Origin: Octopus bimaculoides
Lineage: Eukaryota
Direction of reading: 5' to 3'
Length of the DNA: 64,000 nt
Assembly: GCF_001194135.2 (NCBI RefSeq)
Contig: NC_068983.1
Span: 160,254,499-160,318,498 of the forward strand
Positions 1 through 14,200 of this stretch are shown here, in pieces. Position 1 is the first letter of the stretch, and every line of letters begins with the position of its first letter. A model generated the notes under the pieces. It was not told the DNA's origin and did no database searches. It saw only the letters and a list, made by a program, of their open reading frames with translations. Both the position numbers and the translations under genes were made by a program.

Positions 1-429
1 AAGGTTTTCCAATTGTAAAATATTAATTTAGCATGCTAATTGTGCTTGAAGAATTGTGTGAGTTTTCAGGATATTGACCTCTCGAACAAAAGCTTCGTGT
101 TTGTGTCAATCCTAAGTTCTCAAATTATTATATATATATATATATATATATACACGCACGCACACACACACACACACATACATACATATATATATATATA
201 TATATCACAAATAACCGGCGTTGCCTGGGTTAAAGAGAATAATGAAATTTTAAAACGCCGCCAAGATTACGCATGTCTCAACTGCTAGTGTCTAAAATAC
301 CAACTTTCTACATTAATAACTCTCCANNNNNNNNNNTCATATATGTATATAAAGTAAATACACGCAATCCAAAAACATGTTCTGTGTAGCTTATTTCGTA
401 ACCAAAAAACAGGTACAGATTATAAACAA

Positions 430-1030
430 TGAAAGGCCGATTTTGGTGATTCATTTGACAAAGGTAGTACAGAACCAATCCGATGATAAATCTGGCCTTG
501 GATCTTGAAAGTTTACATGAATCCTGGCTCAGTTAAATCTCTTGTGACTCCAAATGATGTCATCTGCAGTGCAACGTTGTAATTGTTTAATTTTGTTTTG
601 GAAGTGATTGGAATCTTGGTCATTTGATGACAACAGTTTCTTCAATGGCTCTGGAGGTTGAGGGATAGCGGGGAATTTAACCTTTCCACCCTGCAGCACA
701 GTGCAGGTGCCTCTTCAGGGCACTTCATTGCTTTACAATGTATGCACTCAGTTGTTAGTGCACCAATGGAAACTCTAGTGTCATCTGCATTAATGAACTA
801 CCGAATCATAATTGAAAGCTGCTTCATAGAAGTTGCTTCTCTGAGCTGTTGCAACTGCTCTTCGTTCTGCAGTGCAGATCCTGTTCCTAGTCAGTCGTGC
901 ATACCTCTGTTCATTTGAGATGCTCTGGCTTTTGTAGTGCACAGTCTGTTCGTTTCTTGGTATGCTTACCTTTCTGCAGCTGTCTCTCTTTCTCTGAACT
1001 GAGACATTCTTTTGGTTGAACTTCACATTG
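430..1030 (-). mobile_element. Decayed Helitron Rep/helicase N-terminal coding fragment
   Basis: Hand translation across three frameshifts and one stop gives NEQRYARLTRNRICTAERRA..AAFNYDSVVH-ADDTRVSIGALTTECIHCKAMKCPEEAPALCC-GGKVKFPAIPQPPEPLKKLL..HFQNKIKQ-YNVALQMTSFGVT..GFM*TFKIQGQIYHRIGSVLP. This is the typical Helitron CxxC..CC / QMTSFG / TFK.QGQ.YHR.GS motif series. Confidence 0.85.
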
Positions 1031-1310
1031 TAGACACATTTGACACTTTCCTTGTAGGTATGGTTATATACGTATACAGAAATACACGGGTGCAGACGAT
1101 AGTAAGTAATGAAAATACCTGGATAACGGAAATCATATTTCTTAATACGACGGGCAGAAAGTAAATAAGAAATTTTTACGGAAAATAAAGAATTGCGTGG
1201 GTTGAAGCGAAATTTGTCAGTGAACCATAGAATTAGTATCGANNNNNNNNNNATATATATATATATATATACGACCAGCGTCTTTATATTATATATATAT
1301 ATACATATAC

Positions 1311-1466
1311 ACGACCGACGACTTTCAGTTTCCGTCTGTCAAATCCATTTACGAGGCTTTGGTCGGACCAAGGTTATAGTAGAAAACATTTGCCCAATGT
1401 TCCACACTGTGTGATTGAACCCGGTGCCATGCGGTTAGGGAGTAAGTTTCTTACTACACAGCCGCG
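1311..1466 (-). mobile_element. tRNA-derived SINE (family A), diverged 5' half
   Basis: Aligns by eye to the head halves at 19347-19500 and 43296-43459 (tRNA-like B box, CORE-like ttgcccaa segment). Ends at a (TA)n tract. Confidence 0.75.
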
Positions 1467-3883
1467 CACATGTATGCGTGCGTGTGTGAGGTTGCTTGTG
1501 ATGTCTCATGAATCATACTGACAACATAGAATCCGGTACAACCTGTTGCATTCTCGGGGCGTCAGCGATTAACCCTTCACCTCACTAGGCTTTCCTAGCG
1601 AAAGGCATTGCTATAAACCCAGCTTGACTAAAATTAAGAACTGTGAAAAGGACGGATGAACCTAGTATCGGTCAACGACTATCTAGTAATAGTACGAGTC
1701 TTCAGGAATTTCGGGTTGGTGTACGGAGTGTTGGAAGACCACTGCGAGAGAGGCACCACTCAGGTTTTATTAAAACATATTTCCGAAAGAAGCTTTCACT
1801 GATATAAAACTAAATATGCAGAGAATGGCATTGAATATGCTGAGGATCTTTTGCTTGCGCTTTAGATCATGGCTCTTGTTTTTTGCTGCAGTTACCCACT
1901 TAGAGATTTTCATAATAATAACCGCAACAATTTCACTGAACCTGGAGAGCCTGCGATCACTATAGCTCCTGTTTCTTCCAGAGACCAAAGTATTAAAAGA
2001 AATACTGATTAAATTAAGAAGATTCGGTAAAGTACTGGAGAAATTACCTTATGTTATTTAGATTCGTTTTTTTTTCTTACGTTCAAATCCACAAAGATTG
2101 CCTTCTCTATTTATTCTACTATGTCTGGTAAAATAAATTCAAAGCAAGTACGAAGGGTAATTAAATCGACTTTAACCTTTCTCAAAATATGCTGTATTTT
2201 CTATTGTTAGAAATAACATTACCAGAATGCTTCATTTGCATATAAGAGAAAGAAGTTGGTCAGAAACAAATTATAATTAAAATATATGAAACATGACTTC
2301 CCATAATATCATGGTGATCAGCCCATAGACGGACAAATAAGAAAAGTGCTGCAGATTATGCACAGTTTACTTTAGGCGAAGTAGCTTTATAATATTTCTT
2401 TGACTTACGTATTGCAAATATTCCACTAGGAAAAGTTACCTTGCCAGACTAGAGTTTCTCTGAAGTTTCTCTGAAGTTTCTCTGAAGTTTCTCATTGTAA
2501 TATTACAAAAATTGCGCCCATTTCACAGTGGAAATTCCAAATGTGCAGAGTATTTCACAAGCAGATATGTTCGAAATGACATGCTGTTTATATGTCATAG
2601 AATATACTTTGTTGTAACTTACCTGATCAGCAGAAGTAACCAAGTAGAGCGAAGTAATATCAAAGAGCATTGTGATGTGTTATTAAGAAATACAGTATTT
2701 ATCTAAAGTTTTTGACGGGAAGGGCAGTTCCCATAACCCTTTATAGGGCACTCGAGACTGGTATTAAGAATGGGAGGACTGTTTTCCCAAATCGGAGACT
2801 TCGCCTAAACTCTTCTAAAAGAGTAGACTCCTCTGCTAAAGGAATCAAACGCCAGGTGATAACATTAAAATGAGAAGCATTAAGTTTATTTAGTTTATTG
2901 TTTAGTAGCCTACTGCGGAACTTGAGCTCAGATCACAAAATTCCAGAACAAACTTCGCAAAGTGCCTCCTTCAATGTTCTAACATTTCTCCGAGTTTACC
3001 TCGGCGATATTTGAACTCAGGACACAAGGATACAAGGTGATGAAATAAAAAAGAAAAAAAACCTTGTTAGGTATTTCGTCCGACGCCCAACTTCTTCCAG
3101 CTCAATGATCTTGCTAAATTTTACCAACTCACTGATTGTAAGAGATATGATATCGTGGAACAAAGAGAAGTTTCAGTGCAAGTCTAGAGTAGAATGAAGT
3201 TGAGAAAAAGATTGAAATAACCTCGAGTTGTAACGTGGATTGATATTTAAAAATATAGGAGATAACAAAGCAGTGGGTTTGAATAATGTCAAGAGAAGGA
3301 TTGAATAATAATGTCAATGACTAATATCTGACTTTTGTTTTAGTGTTATTGATTCATCGAAGCATTATTCAGAGCCAACGAATTTCTCGAGCTTAGATAT
3401 GGCATGTAAACCTTAAGCTACCATCCATGGTTCAGGCTATAAATGTTCATCTAACTGCAAATACAAACCTATATGGCAATTTATCTAAACATGCTGTTGG
3501 CTGCACAGGCTAATACAATAATAACAAAAGCGTTATAAAACTTATATAACCGTGACTGAATTGATTAAGAACAGCAACAGAAATAACAACAACAACGAAC
3601 AGCAATTTAACCGCCATCGTAACCGTTGAGACTGCCATCACCACCAACTATATCAACAACATAAAGACTAATGATTTGCCTAAATATGATTGTAAGATAT
3701 TGATATCAACAAAAAAGGCTCAACTAACCATGATAGGAGCACAATAGGAAATACTTATCTACAATCTACTTCCTTCATTATGTATTCATCAGTCCGAGAA
3801 AAAAAACTGAAACTGATTACATTTTATGATAAAGATATACTTTTCAGATATATATCTTAAAAATTAATTGAACCCAAGTAAAC

Positions 3884-3927
<44 letters not shown>

Positions 3928-4006
3928 TTTCATCTCATTTCTTTCTCCGTCTCTCTTAACTTTCACACTCATTCACTCACTCACTCACTCTCTCTCTCTG
4001 ATTCTT

Positions 4007-4061
<55 letters not shown>
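4007..4061. repeat. (TCTA)n microsatellite
   Basis: Direct inspection. Confidence 0.95.
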
Positions 4062-4062
<1 letters not shown>

Positions 4063-4989
4063 AGTAACATCATAATGAATAAACGCTGCTTGAAATAAAG
4101 ATTCATGAGTTCAAATGCAGTTCAAGCACACGTACATCATCATATCTCAGGGGTTTGATTACAGATGGAATCTCAACTGTTTGAAACATCATGTTTACAA
4201 AAATTTGTTTTGAACTGGGGCTTCACAATTTCAAAAACGTTCAATACTAAGATCTATGTGTGCGTGTAGATGCGCGCGTACGTGTGTGCATGTGTGTATA
4301 AGTATATATATATTTATATATATATATATATACACAATCATACACATATATATGTATGTATATACGTATACAAATATATATATATATATANNNNNNNNNN
4401 NNNNNNNNNNNNNNNNNNNNNNNNNNNNNNNNNNNNNNNNNNNNNNNNNNNNNNNNNNNNNNNNNNNNNNNNNNNNNNNNNNNNNNNNNNNNNNNNNNNN
4501 NNNNNNNNNNNNNNNNNNNNNNNNNNNNNNNNNNNNNNNNNNNNNNNNNNNNNNNNNNNNNNNNNNNNNNNNNNNNNNNNNNNNNNNNNNNNNNNNNNNN
4601 NNNNNNNNNNNNNNNNNNNNNNNNNNNNNNNNNNNNNNNNNNNNNNNNNNNNNNNNNNNNNNNNNNNNNNNNNNNNNNNNNNNNNNNNNNNNNNNNNNNN
4701 NNNNNNNNNNNNNNNNNNNNNATATATACATGTATATACATATAATCAAAATAACCAACAAGGATATCCAGAGGTAATGCATTACGATCGTTTCAAGCAA
4801 ATCCATTTAATTGAACAATGCAACCACTACATCAATTTAAATGCACAACAATCCTCAGCTGCATAAAGACATAGAATTTAATTAAATTAAAACAGGTGGA
4901 CACATTAGTATAATTTTACCTAAAATCTCCAAGAAGGTAAGGAGATAGACAAAGAACATGCTGCCTTCACTTCAGCTTAGAAGCTATTA

Positions 4990-5041
4990 ATGTATCAGGA
5001 AGAAAGACTTGTTACAGATTTGGCTTGTCACTGTTTTATGG
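4990..5041 (+). CDS. Weak candidate coding exon (MYQEERLVTDLACHCFM), unassigned
   Basis: ATG-initiated open frame ending at a good donor G|gtgagt. No homology recognised; may be chance. Confidence 0.15.
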
Positions 5042-7904
5042 GTGAGTTTTAATTTATAGACTAGTTTTATCAAATCTTTGTATATCTAAGGCCGAGAGAA
5101 CAAAGATCAGTGTCTGTTGGGAATAGGGCTGAGGGAGTCGACAGAAATCATAGTGGGTATAGTCATAAAAAAACTATCAAGATTTATTAGAGGCAATATC
5201 ATGAGATTTGGCAAAGGAAAACTTAAATCAAGATGTTAGCTAACAATTAAGGGGGGCGGACACTAGCAGACCATTGATAATGAAACGAGAAATCTTATCA
5301 TGTAGTAATATAGTTAAATATTTTAAGCAATATTGCCAAAGCTTAGGGTTATTCAGAGGATTATAGGACATTCTAATTTTATACTAATTTTTAAAACTAA
5401 GGGTTATATTGTAGGTTTTAGAAGTTATTATTGTTACTCCATACATGATATTTATAATTTCTTTGGGGTATTGGTACCATATTCATCTGAAACTATATAT
5501 ATATATATATATACATATATATATAAATCAGTTGTATACTGTCAACTTAATGTGACAATCCCAATAAGGGAATCATACTGCTGCTATTTAGCCCTAGGAA
5601 GCTGGACCGCTTCCTGTCGGCCTTGACACATTTCCTGTGTCCTTATATTTGTGAGGGGGAGACAGGCACCCACACGGAGCCTAGCCTGCATTCAGGGACA
5701 TGTTTCTGAGTCTTTGCTCGTCACCAGCCTGAAGTAGCACGACTAGCTGGTTGAAGATGCCTGTCAACCTCTCACAAATATATATATTTCTAGTGAAAAC
5801 ACATTCACTGATTACAAAAATTAGAAATGATCTAATGCAAATGGCTTGTAAGTGCCAATGGTTTCATGAGATAAATGCATGAGACATGCATTTCTCACGA
5901 AATAAGACGCCAGATTCATATATCATATTACTCATTCCCGCTATTGCAGGGTAAACTGATGAGATATAAAAACAAAATGTACCACTCAAAAACGGACTGA
6001 AATTCAGGAATGATCCGTGGACAGACAAGCAATCCCTCTCAAAATTAATTCTTCAAGTCTATAGGTATATGAATGCCAGTCCTTTTCTATTCCAATAATA
6101 GTTTTTGTGACAAGTGTATGTTTCACTTAGAATATTTTGCGTGAAGTGTTTCTTCTTTCTTCAGTGTCATTTTAACCCCTAATGATTGCTGCTGCTGTTT
6201 AGCTCCATGTTAACTGAACAACACTTTGATAAGAGGCGTTTCAGCCGTGACAACTTGCTCCTCACTTAATCATTGCATTTCTAGGAGTGTAGCGTTCGTC
6301 AGGTTTTGAGTCAGTAGAGTGTAGTTTAAGAGATTTGGCAGCTATTTATTGTAAGTCGAAAGACTAAGTACTTTGTTCCTCTTTGACTTGCTCCAATACT
6401 AGAATTTTGACTTATTTTGGTTCCTGACATTTATTTCTTTCAAAAAGGTATCACAAAAAATGGCTCACGGAGTTATCTTTCAGAATCTATTACTTCTGGT
6501 TTCTAGATCTCTTTAGATATCAACAGAAGAAAATTTGGCATGAAAATTTTAAATGGTACTCTAGGTTTTTCGAATAACTTACTTTAAAGGGAAAGAAAAA
6601 ATAATCGGCTAACCGATGACAGTATAATTAGTAGACAAATTCGAGACATACAAGCGTCAAAGTTGAAATGATATCACTTCGTAAGTCATGGCACAGCAAG
6701 ATGTCGACTAAAATGATATTTTGAAAAAATTTAATGGAACAAATAAAACAGTATATTGATAAAAGTATCTAGCTCTAAAAACATTCGCTTTAGATACTGC
6801 AAAGCACCGGAGATTAGGTGTGTACAGCAGCCAAAGATAATTAATTCCTCTCATAACAGTAGATTAAATGCAACCTGTCTGATGAAAACGTTGACATACA
6901 TACTGAAGACGTTTTACTATCGTTTGTTTGCTTCTGTTTCAATGTTTAATCTTTTTTACTTTGCGTTATCAGATGTGGAATTGGATAAGTTGTTCTAAAG
7001 TCACCAACATTCATATCAAGGTTAGATTTGAAAGTGTACTTATTTAGCAAGACGACTTACAAATTGAAACTATCAACTATCAGGAAAAGAAGTAAGCTAT
7101 AGTTTCAAAGATAATAGAGATAAAATACATTTTTAAAAAACATTCAGATAGTAAACAATTCTGGTTTGTAAAATATAATTAGAAATATAAAAAAATGGCA
7201 GATACTTTTCTTTAAAATGTATATTTTCTAAGTGGCTTCTTTTCCTTCTTTAATTACAGTTATATGCATTGTTTCAACATAATACAATTGTGAAATATCT
7301 TGGAGCATATTTTATTTAAATGCACGTATACATCTATTAGCCAATGCCATAGAAAAAAAGATAAGGTCTGGGGAAGTCATTTATACAACTTAGTTTCGGT
7401 TCCGGGCTGGAGATATTATTTCAAAACATAATTTGAAAACATATTTTTACAAGTAATGATGATAATAAGTCTTCCTTATTGGAGACAGGAGCTTGAATAG
7501 ATTCAATTTCAATAAAATGGAAAAGTCGTTAAACTGAAGACATACAAATATGCATGAGTCAGTTAATATGCATGAGTCAGTTAAACAAATATGAAGGTAA
7601 GATGAAAGATGTGTACAGTGTTAACAAGTTAAAAATTAAAAACAACGCACTTGATTACATTGAATTGGTAGAAAAAAAAAACATAAGAGAACATACATTT
7701 TAAAAGTCTACTGGCATTGATCTCACGACCAGTTTCTGGAAATATGAACGGGGTACTTTTTGTACGGCGCCAAGATTACGCCTGATACCATCTCATGCTG
7801 CAGTACCATCTTAGGAACACCCCTGACTTATTTTTGTCATCGATGTTATACCTTCTGGGTAGAAAGCTCTTAAATGGTTTTTACTGACACGTGTAACAAC
7901 CTGA

Positions 7905-8215
7905 AGTCGCATGACTCGGGACCACAATCAAAAGATACTAGGTTTGGTTTCCGGACCGGACTGCGTATTGTGTTCTTGAGCAAGACACTTTATTTCACGT
8001 TGCTCCAATTCACTCAGTAGTAGAAATTATTTATGACGTCACAGGTGTCAAGCTGTATCGGTCATTGCTTCTTCCTTGGATAACATCGGTGGTGTGACAT
8101 GGAGAGGGAAAGCTGGTATGCATGGGCAACTGCTGATTTTCCATAAACAATATTGCCCGGAGGGAAACTTTCTAGGTGCAATCCCATGGTCTGTCATGAC
8201 CGAAGAGAGTCTTTA
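7905..8215 (+). mobile_element. tRNA-derived SINE of another family
   Basis: B-box-like ggtttggtttccggaccgg followed by gtgttcttgagcaagacacttta, a typical post-tRNA segment of invertebrate SINEs. Confidence 0.5.
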
Positions 8216-11109
8216 CTCTTTATCCAGTTCCTGAATATTGGATTTTAAGTCCTTGCCAAACTCAAAACTGGTCACAAACTTCGGTATTATTTTATCTTAC
8301 AGGGCCAAGAGGGTATGAATATCTATTTGACCCACCTCGTATCTCTGAAAGTTATATCTGCACTGATCACCTGTTCATATAGTGCTACGAAGGTGATAAC
8401 TAACCAGAGGTCGAGGTCGATGTTGTCACCGATGTCTTTGATTGTGACCTTTATATTTCCTCCTTCCCAAATATTGTAGGTCTAGTTTATGAGCAGGTGT
8501 GTTATATATAATTTTGACTTGCACCTTAGCTCCATTCTTAGTTTTTAGACGACACACATAGTGTCCTACGTTCTCCCTCTTCCAATAAAGGAGAATTCTC
8601 TTATTGTATCTGCCAGCCTTGTCTCCAACTATTCCTTGGATATAACAAGAAAAGCACCTGTAGCCTTGGCATTGTATAAGTAATGACAGCTACCAATTAG
8701 ATGGGCAACAGCTATAGCCCCTGAGAAACTTAGCCGCTACTACTGCCGCTGCACTTACCGCTGCTGCTACTAATAACAATCCTACCTCCTATTCCTTTCG
8801 CTAAGACCCGGCCATTACGGTGGTTAACTGCCACCGGCAACAGTTAGCAGAAAATGAAATGCAACATTATGTGAAACTCATAAGAAAAAACACGTACTTT
8901 TCAGAGATAATATCATGAAAGGTTAATTCAATTTATTTCAGTCAATTTTCTCTTTTGTTTCAGCATGACTAGATGTTTTTTTAAAGCGATTGAAACCGGT
9001 AGTTGCTTAGTTAAAGTGTAAATACTATCTTAATTTTTTCCATGATAAAGTTCTTAAAGCATTTTCTTCTTTTCCATTTTCCCCTTTATCACACATACAC
9101 GGGCACGCGCGTACGCACGCACACACAAGCGGGCACGCACGCACACACACACATGCACGCAAGCACATATGTATATATATGTAATATTATGCGCATATAA
9201 TGCATCAAGAAAACTACTAGAATGTTGTCTTCGTTTTCATTTCAGTGGCATTCACTCCTTTGAGTTACTTTTACACCTTTTGAGTTTTTGTTTCTAACAT
9301 TCATCTCTTCTCCGTATTATTTTTCGAATAATTGTCTTTGTGTCAAAATCGAAGCCTCATATTGTATGTACTATTTATAATGTTCGGTATAGTTTCTCAC
9401 AAGTACATTGATTTATCGACCAGTGAAGAACGTAAATAAAACCATTGCTAAATGATGATTTGCAGGGGGTTTTTTTTTATCATGAAGTAAATTTCTAATT
9501 CTCCACAAGGTTAACAAAAGTTTGGATGTACGTTGCTAGGATCATAAATTTAGTTACAGAAATGTGATTTATTTCGGTGGTTGTTTTCAGTTTTATAGTT
9601 CAGTGATTAACAAATTAGTTCCATGTGTGGAAAACTGATATTACCAAAGTTACTTCTCTGAAGAATTGAAGAATTTGTATGTATTTTCTTTCCTCCGCTA
9701 CAGTCAATGTAATAAAGCTGTTGTTTTCAGTATTGATGTTATAGAATTAGTTTGAGACACGAGAACTTGCACAAGTTCTCACAAGAGAAGCTAAAGCTAT
9801 AATAAACAAATAACGATTGATATTTTTGTACAATTCTTAGTTCTGACATTTAGTACTTAGAAACTGTAAGTAGGAGATCAAAGAAGTGGAGACATTTTGA
9901 TAAAGACTTGTTTAAATATTTTTTTATTGCCTAAGTATTTTCACTCTCTTAACATAAAATTGTAAACATAAGCACTCCTCCACACACACATACGTACTCA
10001 TAAATGCACACTCTTTGCATACATCCAGACACATACACACCTATCTATGTGAGTGATTTTTTTGTATGTAAGTATACAATGAAATTCATGACAGTTGTTA
10101 CTAATACTATTTATTACAGTTGTTACTAACACTAGTGATCAAACAATAAACAATAATTGGGACCCGCAGAAATTTCATGTTTTACAAACATTACAATTTC
10201 TATTTAAATACGTATAGCTCTTCATAGCATTGTTTCATAAAATTGACAATTTCGATAAGTCTTTGATTTTTTTCCATTGTTAAGGTTGTTTAAAGCATAA
10301 CACTGTTATGCTCTGTCGATTCAGTCAATCAGTTGTCCGGAGAGAATAATAAATAATAAAATATCAAATACTATGCTTCGCTTTATTGAGAAAAATTTAG
10401 TTTGATTCTGTTATTCGATCTATGTATATAAAATAAATTGTCAAGAGTAACTGAGAGCAAGATATAACGAGTTATGCAACCAGAGTGACAGAATCATTTA
10501 TATTCTTGTGTATGTAATAAATAAAAATGGTAACGACAACAACGATGACGACGACGACGATGATGATGATAGCAAAGGCAACAGTGGACAGAACATGAAG
10601 ATGAGTAATGTAGGTTGCTAAATTAGCAATAATTTTATATTAGAAGGTGGTTAAAAATGTTCATTCTAATACTAAGATCTTAGTACATTCGTTTCGTTCG
10701 TCTCAAACAGTGTGTTAATATACTTACTGTGAAGTAAACCCTTCATTCATCATTAAACTAATTGAGAAGAGTTTGGGGTTTATTAGATCTAAAGTGTAGT
10801 GAAAATGTCATCGTCTGTTTTTAACTTAAAATTCTAGCTCAGAGCTTTCCAGCAGCAAAACTAATACATTTTCACATATAATCTATTTTTTCATGCCTTT
10901 CTCACTGACGTCTCTGGAAATTCATATTCTACAATAATATGCTTGTAAAATATAAATTTCATAAACCAGAGAATTTTTTCTAAATATAGAAGAGTAGCAA
11001 CAAATGCTTCTATTTCCAGCACTGTTAAATTGTTAAACTATTAACAGGATTGATATTTTATGTTTTATCACTAGTATTTGTTGATCAACAGGATACTTCT
11101 AATCAAAAA

Positions 11110-11260
11110 GTGTTATGATCAAAGCGTTCCATCAGTGATCATCCCGTTAATTTCTTGGCATAACTAGAATTGCGTAATTTAATGTGTCTCTGTTTTCTTC
11201 AAACTTTAGGGTGGTATTTGTGCGAAATTTAACTGCTGTTACTAGCAAATCGAGCCATTG
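11110..11260 (+). repeat. Dispersed repeat (family D), ending in a gatttggctgctatttctagca-like motif
   Basis: Similar atcaaagc/gcattcca...tttggctgctatttcta segments recur near 42735-42925 and 43635-43790, with partial copies near 6330, 12865 (minus) and 51305. Confidence 0.45.
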
Positions 11261-14200
11261 CATAAAAGTTCTCTTGTTGATTTACTTTTGCATTAATTGC
11301 TCAGCTATGTTGCTTTTATTAGCCACAGCATAAGCAGCGGCTATCAGTTCATTGATGAAGACATTTCATTTAAGGTAACCATGCTGTAGGCAACAGTATG
11401 CTAGCAGTATGAATCTGAAGTTTCGAATGTAAACTTCCTTTGCTGCTTTGTCAGGTTTCAATGAAGAATTGTCATGTTCTGCATTGTTAATCAGCTTACC
11501 AATCTTCTCCACAACCTAACGGAAAGAAAGTCTGCATCCTTCCAGCAATATCTTACTCATAACCCGAGGCTAGGAAAATTTTAAATAGCTGAAAATTATT
11601 AAAAAAACAAAATTGGTTTTATTAGGTTTATAAGAAGGAGTAAGTGTGAAACTTCAAATTATTTATTTGCTATAGAAGTAACATTACGTTGGTTTGCAGA
11701 ATGTTATTTTGAACTTAAAGGGACTCGGTAGTCAAATAGTTAAAGTAGATGAATTACTAACTGGGAAAACAAGAAAGCTACTATTCGTACTGCTTATTGC
11801 TAAGTAAAAATATTTAAGTTTTAAGTGCTAAGACTTTTAAATTACATATTTGATCTTTAGAAAAATGTTTTCCCTTCTTTTTTATTTTTTGTTTCAATCA
11901 TTAAAATTTCTGTTAGCAATCTATTATGCATCATGCGGTTGTTGTTTCAGAATCCAACCTTTCCTAGTATCACCCATTAAACATCAAAATCCGCGAGGGA
12001 CCTCTACGGGGTTGTTTGATTGTTAAAAGGGTAACCAAATGTCCCTCAAATCCGAACCTGCCGCATTATAAAAGAAGTGAAATATTGTAGTCATAGATAC
12101 ACAAAATAACGGAATGTTTACGACTGGAAAGCCTTTGATTACAGATCCGTCTTAACTATCAGAGTTGATATGAGGGGGGGGGGGGGTAAACAACATCAAC
12201 GTCACAAAATAAAAATGTCAGAAACATACCATCTATGTGTGGCATAGCTTTTCCATCACATACCTAAAGAGCTTCAGGTCATGATGAAGTAACATATAAT
12301 TCCTTTTCTATCTTTTCTTGTCATCAACAAATATGCGACTCCATATATATATATATATATATTTGATAATGCATTTTCAGAAGTTTGGGCGAGATTTTTC
12401 ATAACACGTCCTGTTCTCTTCAATACTTGCAAAGTAAAACTAATATTAGTCACCAGCTAATATATTCTTAGCCACTTATTTGATTTTACTAAAATTTCTT
12501 GTTAATGTTTCAAACATCAAAATACTTTCACCTACTGAAACTCTAGCACGTTGATTTCACGATTAAATTGGGAAAAGATAGATATATAATAGGTATATAA
12601 GTGTACAGTCTAGTATTCCAGATGTCGGTACTAGCACTGGCACTTTGAGAGCCTTTTGCCTTATTGGATGCAAACAGCTCAAACATGACTTTTGAAATCT
12701 GATGAAATATTCCTTTCCATCAATTTCGAAATACTCGTATCGGTCGTTATTGGAGATAGGACAGAGGGATAGTTCATTAATATCCTTATTTCTCGTCTGG
12801 TTAGCAATTTTTCCTCGATTGACTATGAACACTTATGAGCCTCTACATTGTCTTTCGATATGTAAGCAATAGCAGCTAAATCCCCCTCATATCATTTATT
12901 CTACCGTCTTAAAAAAAAAGAAGCGTACATTAGATAATGATGTCCTAGGTACACTCTGCCTGATAAAATGACGAGGTGGGCAAGGCTGCAAAACTTTTGA
13001 TGATAGGTTTGCTCTATCATACAATAATGATCATTCACTCTACGTGTATTAAGTTTTTCTATCACACATGTTATATGCAAGATACAAATTGGACATTCTA
13101 ATTTGATTCTTTGAAAATAAAGCCCTTTCCAATTACTAATTTCTGGTTGTATTATATCTTTTACATACTTTTAATAGTAATCGAAGACGAACATAATGGT
13201 TTTGTAACCTCTTATACTGCTTATTCGACTCTGACAGCCATTCTTCGGGAAAATTATATTTTTATTTCTTGGTTGAATACATTTGGTGTAAGTTAGTTCC
13301 ATTTAAAATTTTTATTAGTAAAATTACCTGTTTGGTGAACATAATAAATATAGTATCTAATACGATTCCTGACAGACAGAAAAGTAATCATATAAATTAT
13401 GTGTAAGATTACAACTAAATCGATTGAATGGAGTTGCAGGCAACATAGATCTGAAAGAGAGGAAATATTGGTTTAGGCATTATGACAACAGAAATGTGTC
13501 TAGACAAATGGTAGCAAAAATCCACAGTCAGTCTCTGATTGCTTGCTCTAATCAGTTGGTCTGCTGTATTGACTTCTTTGTTTCAGAATGAATTTTATGT
13601 TGTCAAGAAAACAACCATTTTGGCTATTTCTTAAACTGAATGGGAACCAAGAAACTTTGAAAATGCCCATAAAAGAAACTTTTAAAATATGTATTATCAC
13701 ATGCTCTTGTAGTTTCGATGAATAAATGCATTTGTCTAATCCAAACTGTATTAAAAGTGAACTTAAAACTATCATGTAGGTTAATATAAGGGTTCGTTTG
13801 TCAAGATTAATCTCTTATGGTGTTAAATACGAACCCATTCTTAAAATACGTGTTGAGTGATCATTAGTAGAGAGGAAGAAAATATTTATCATGGAATTAA
13901 GCTATTTCATCTGATATATACTTTTCCCAAAATCAGCATGGTGGTTCTGCATAATCTTATATGTGGTTAATGTACCTGTTCTCAATCAAACATAACATTC
14001 AAATACAATATCTTTATAAATTAAAGTCCACCAGAAGATTGAAGTTTTCTAGACTGTACACCAACGTCTTCAGTTTAAACATTATCACTGTCGATTATTT
14101 TGATACTTTAATTTCTGGATAAACATTTTAGGCTATTCAAGCGTAATGGAGAATGTTACAATTTGAATACGTAATAATTACGTCACACAAAACAAAACTG

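Noticed and set aside
12563-12832. 89-aa minus-strand ORF (…DRYEYFEIDGKEYFIRFQKSC…)
   Set aside because: Protein-like by eye, but it has a GTG start, no convincing splice sites and no recognisable motif.
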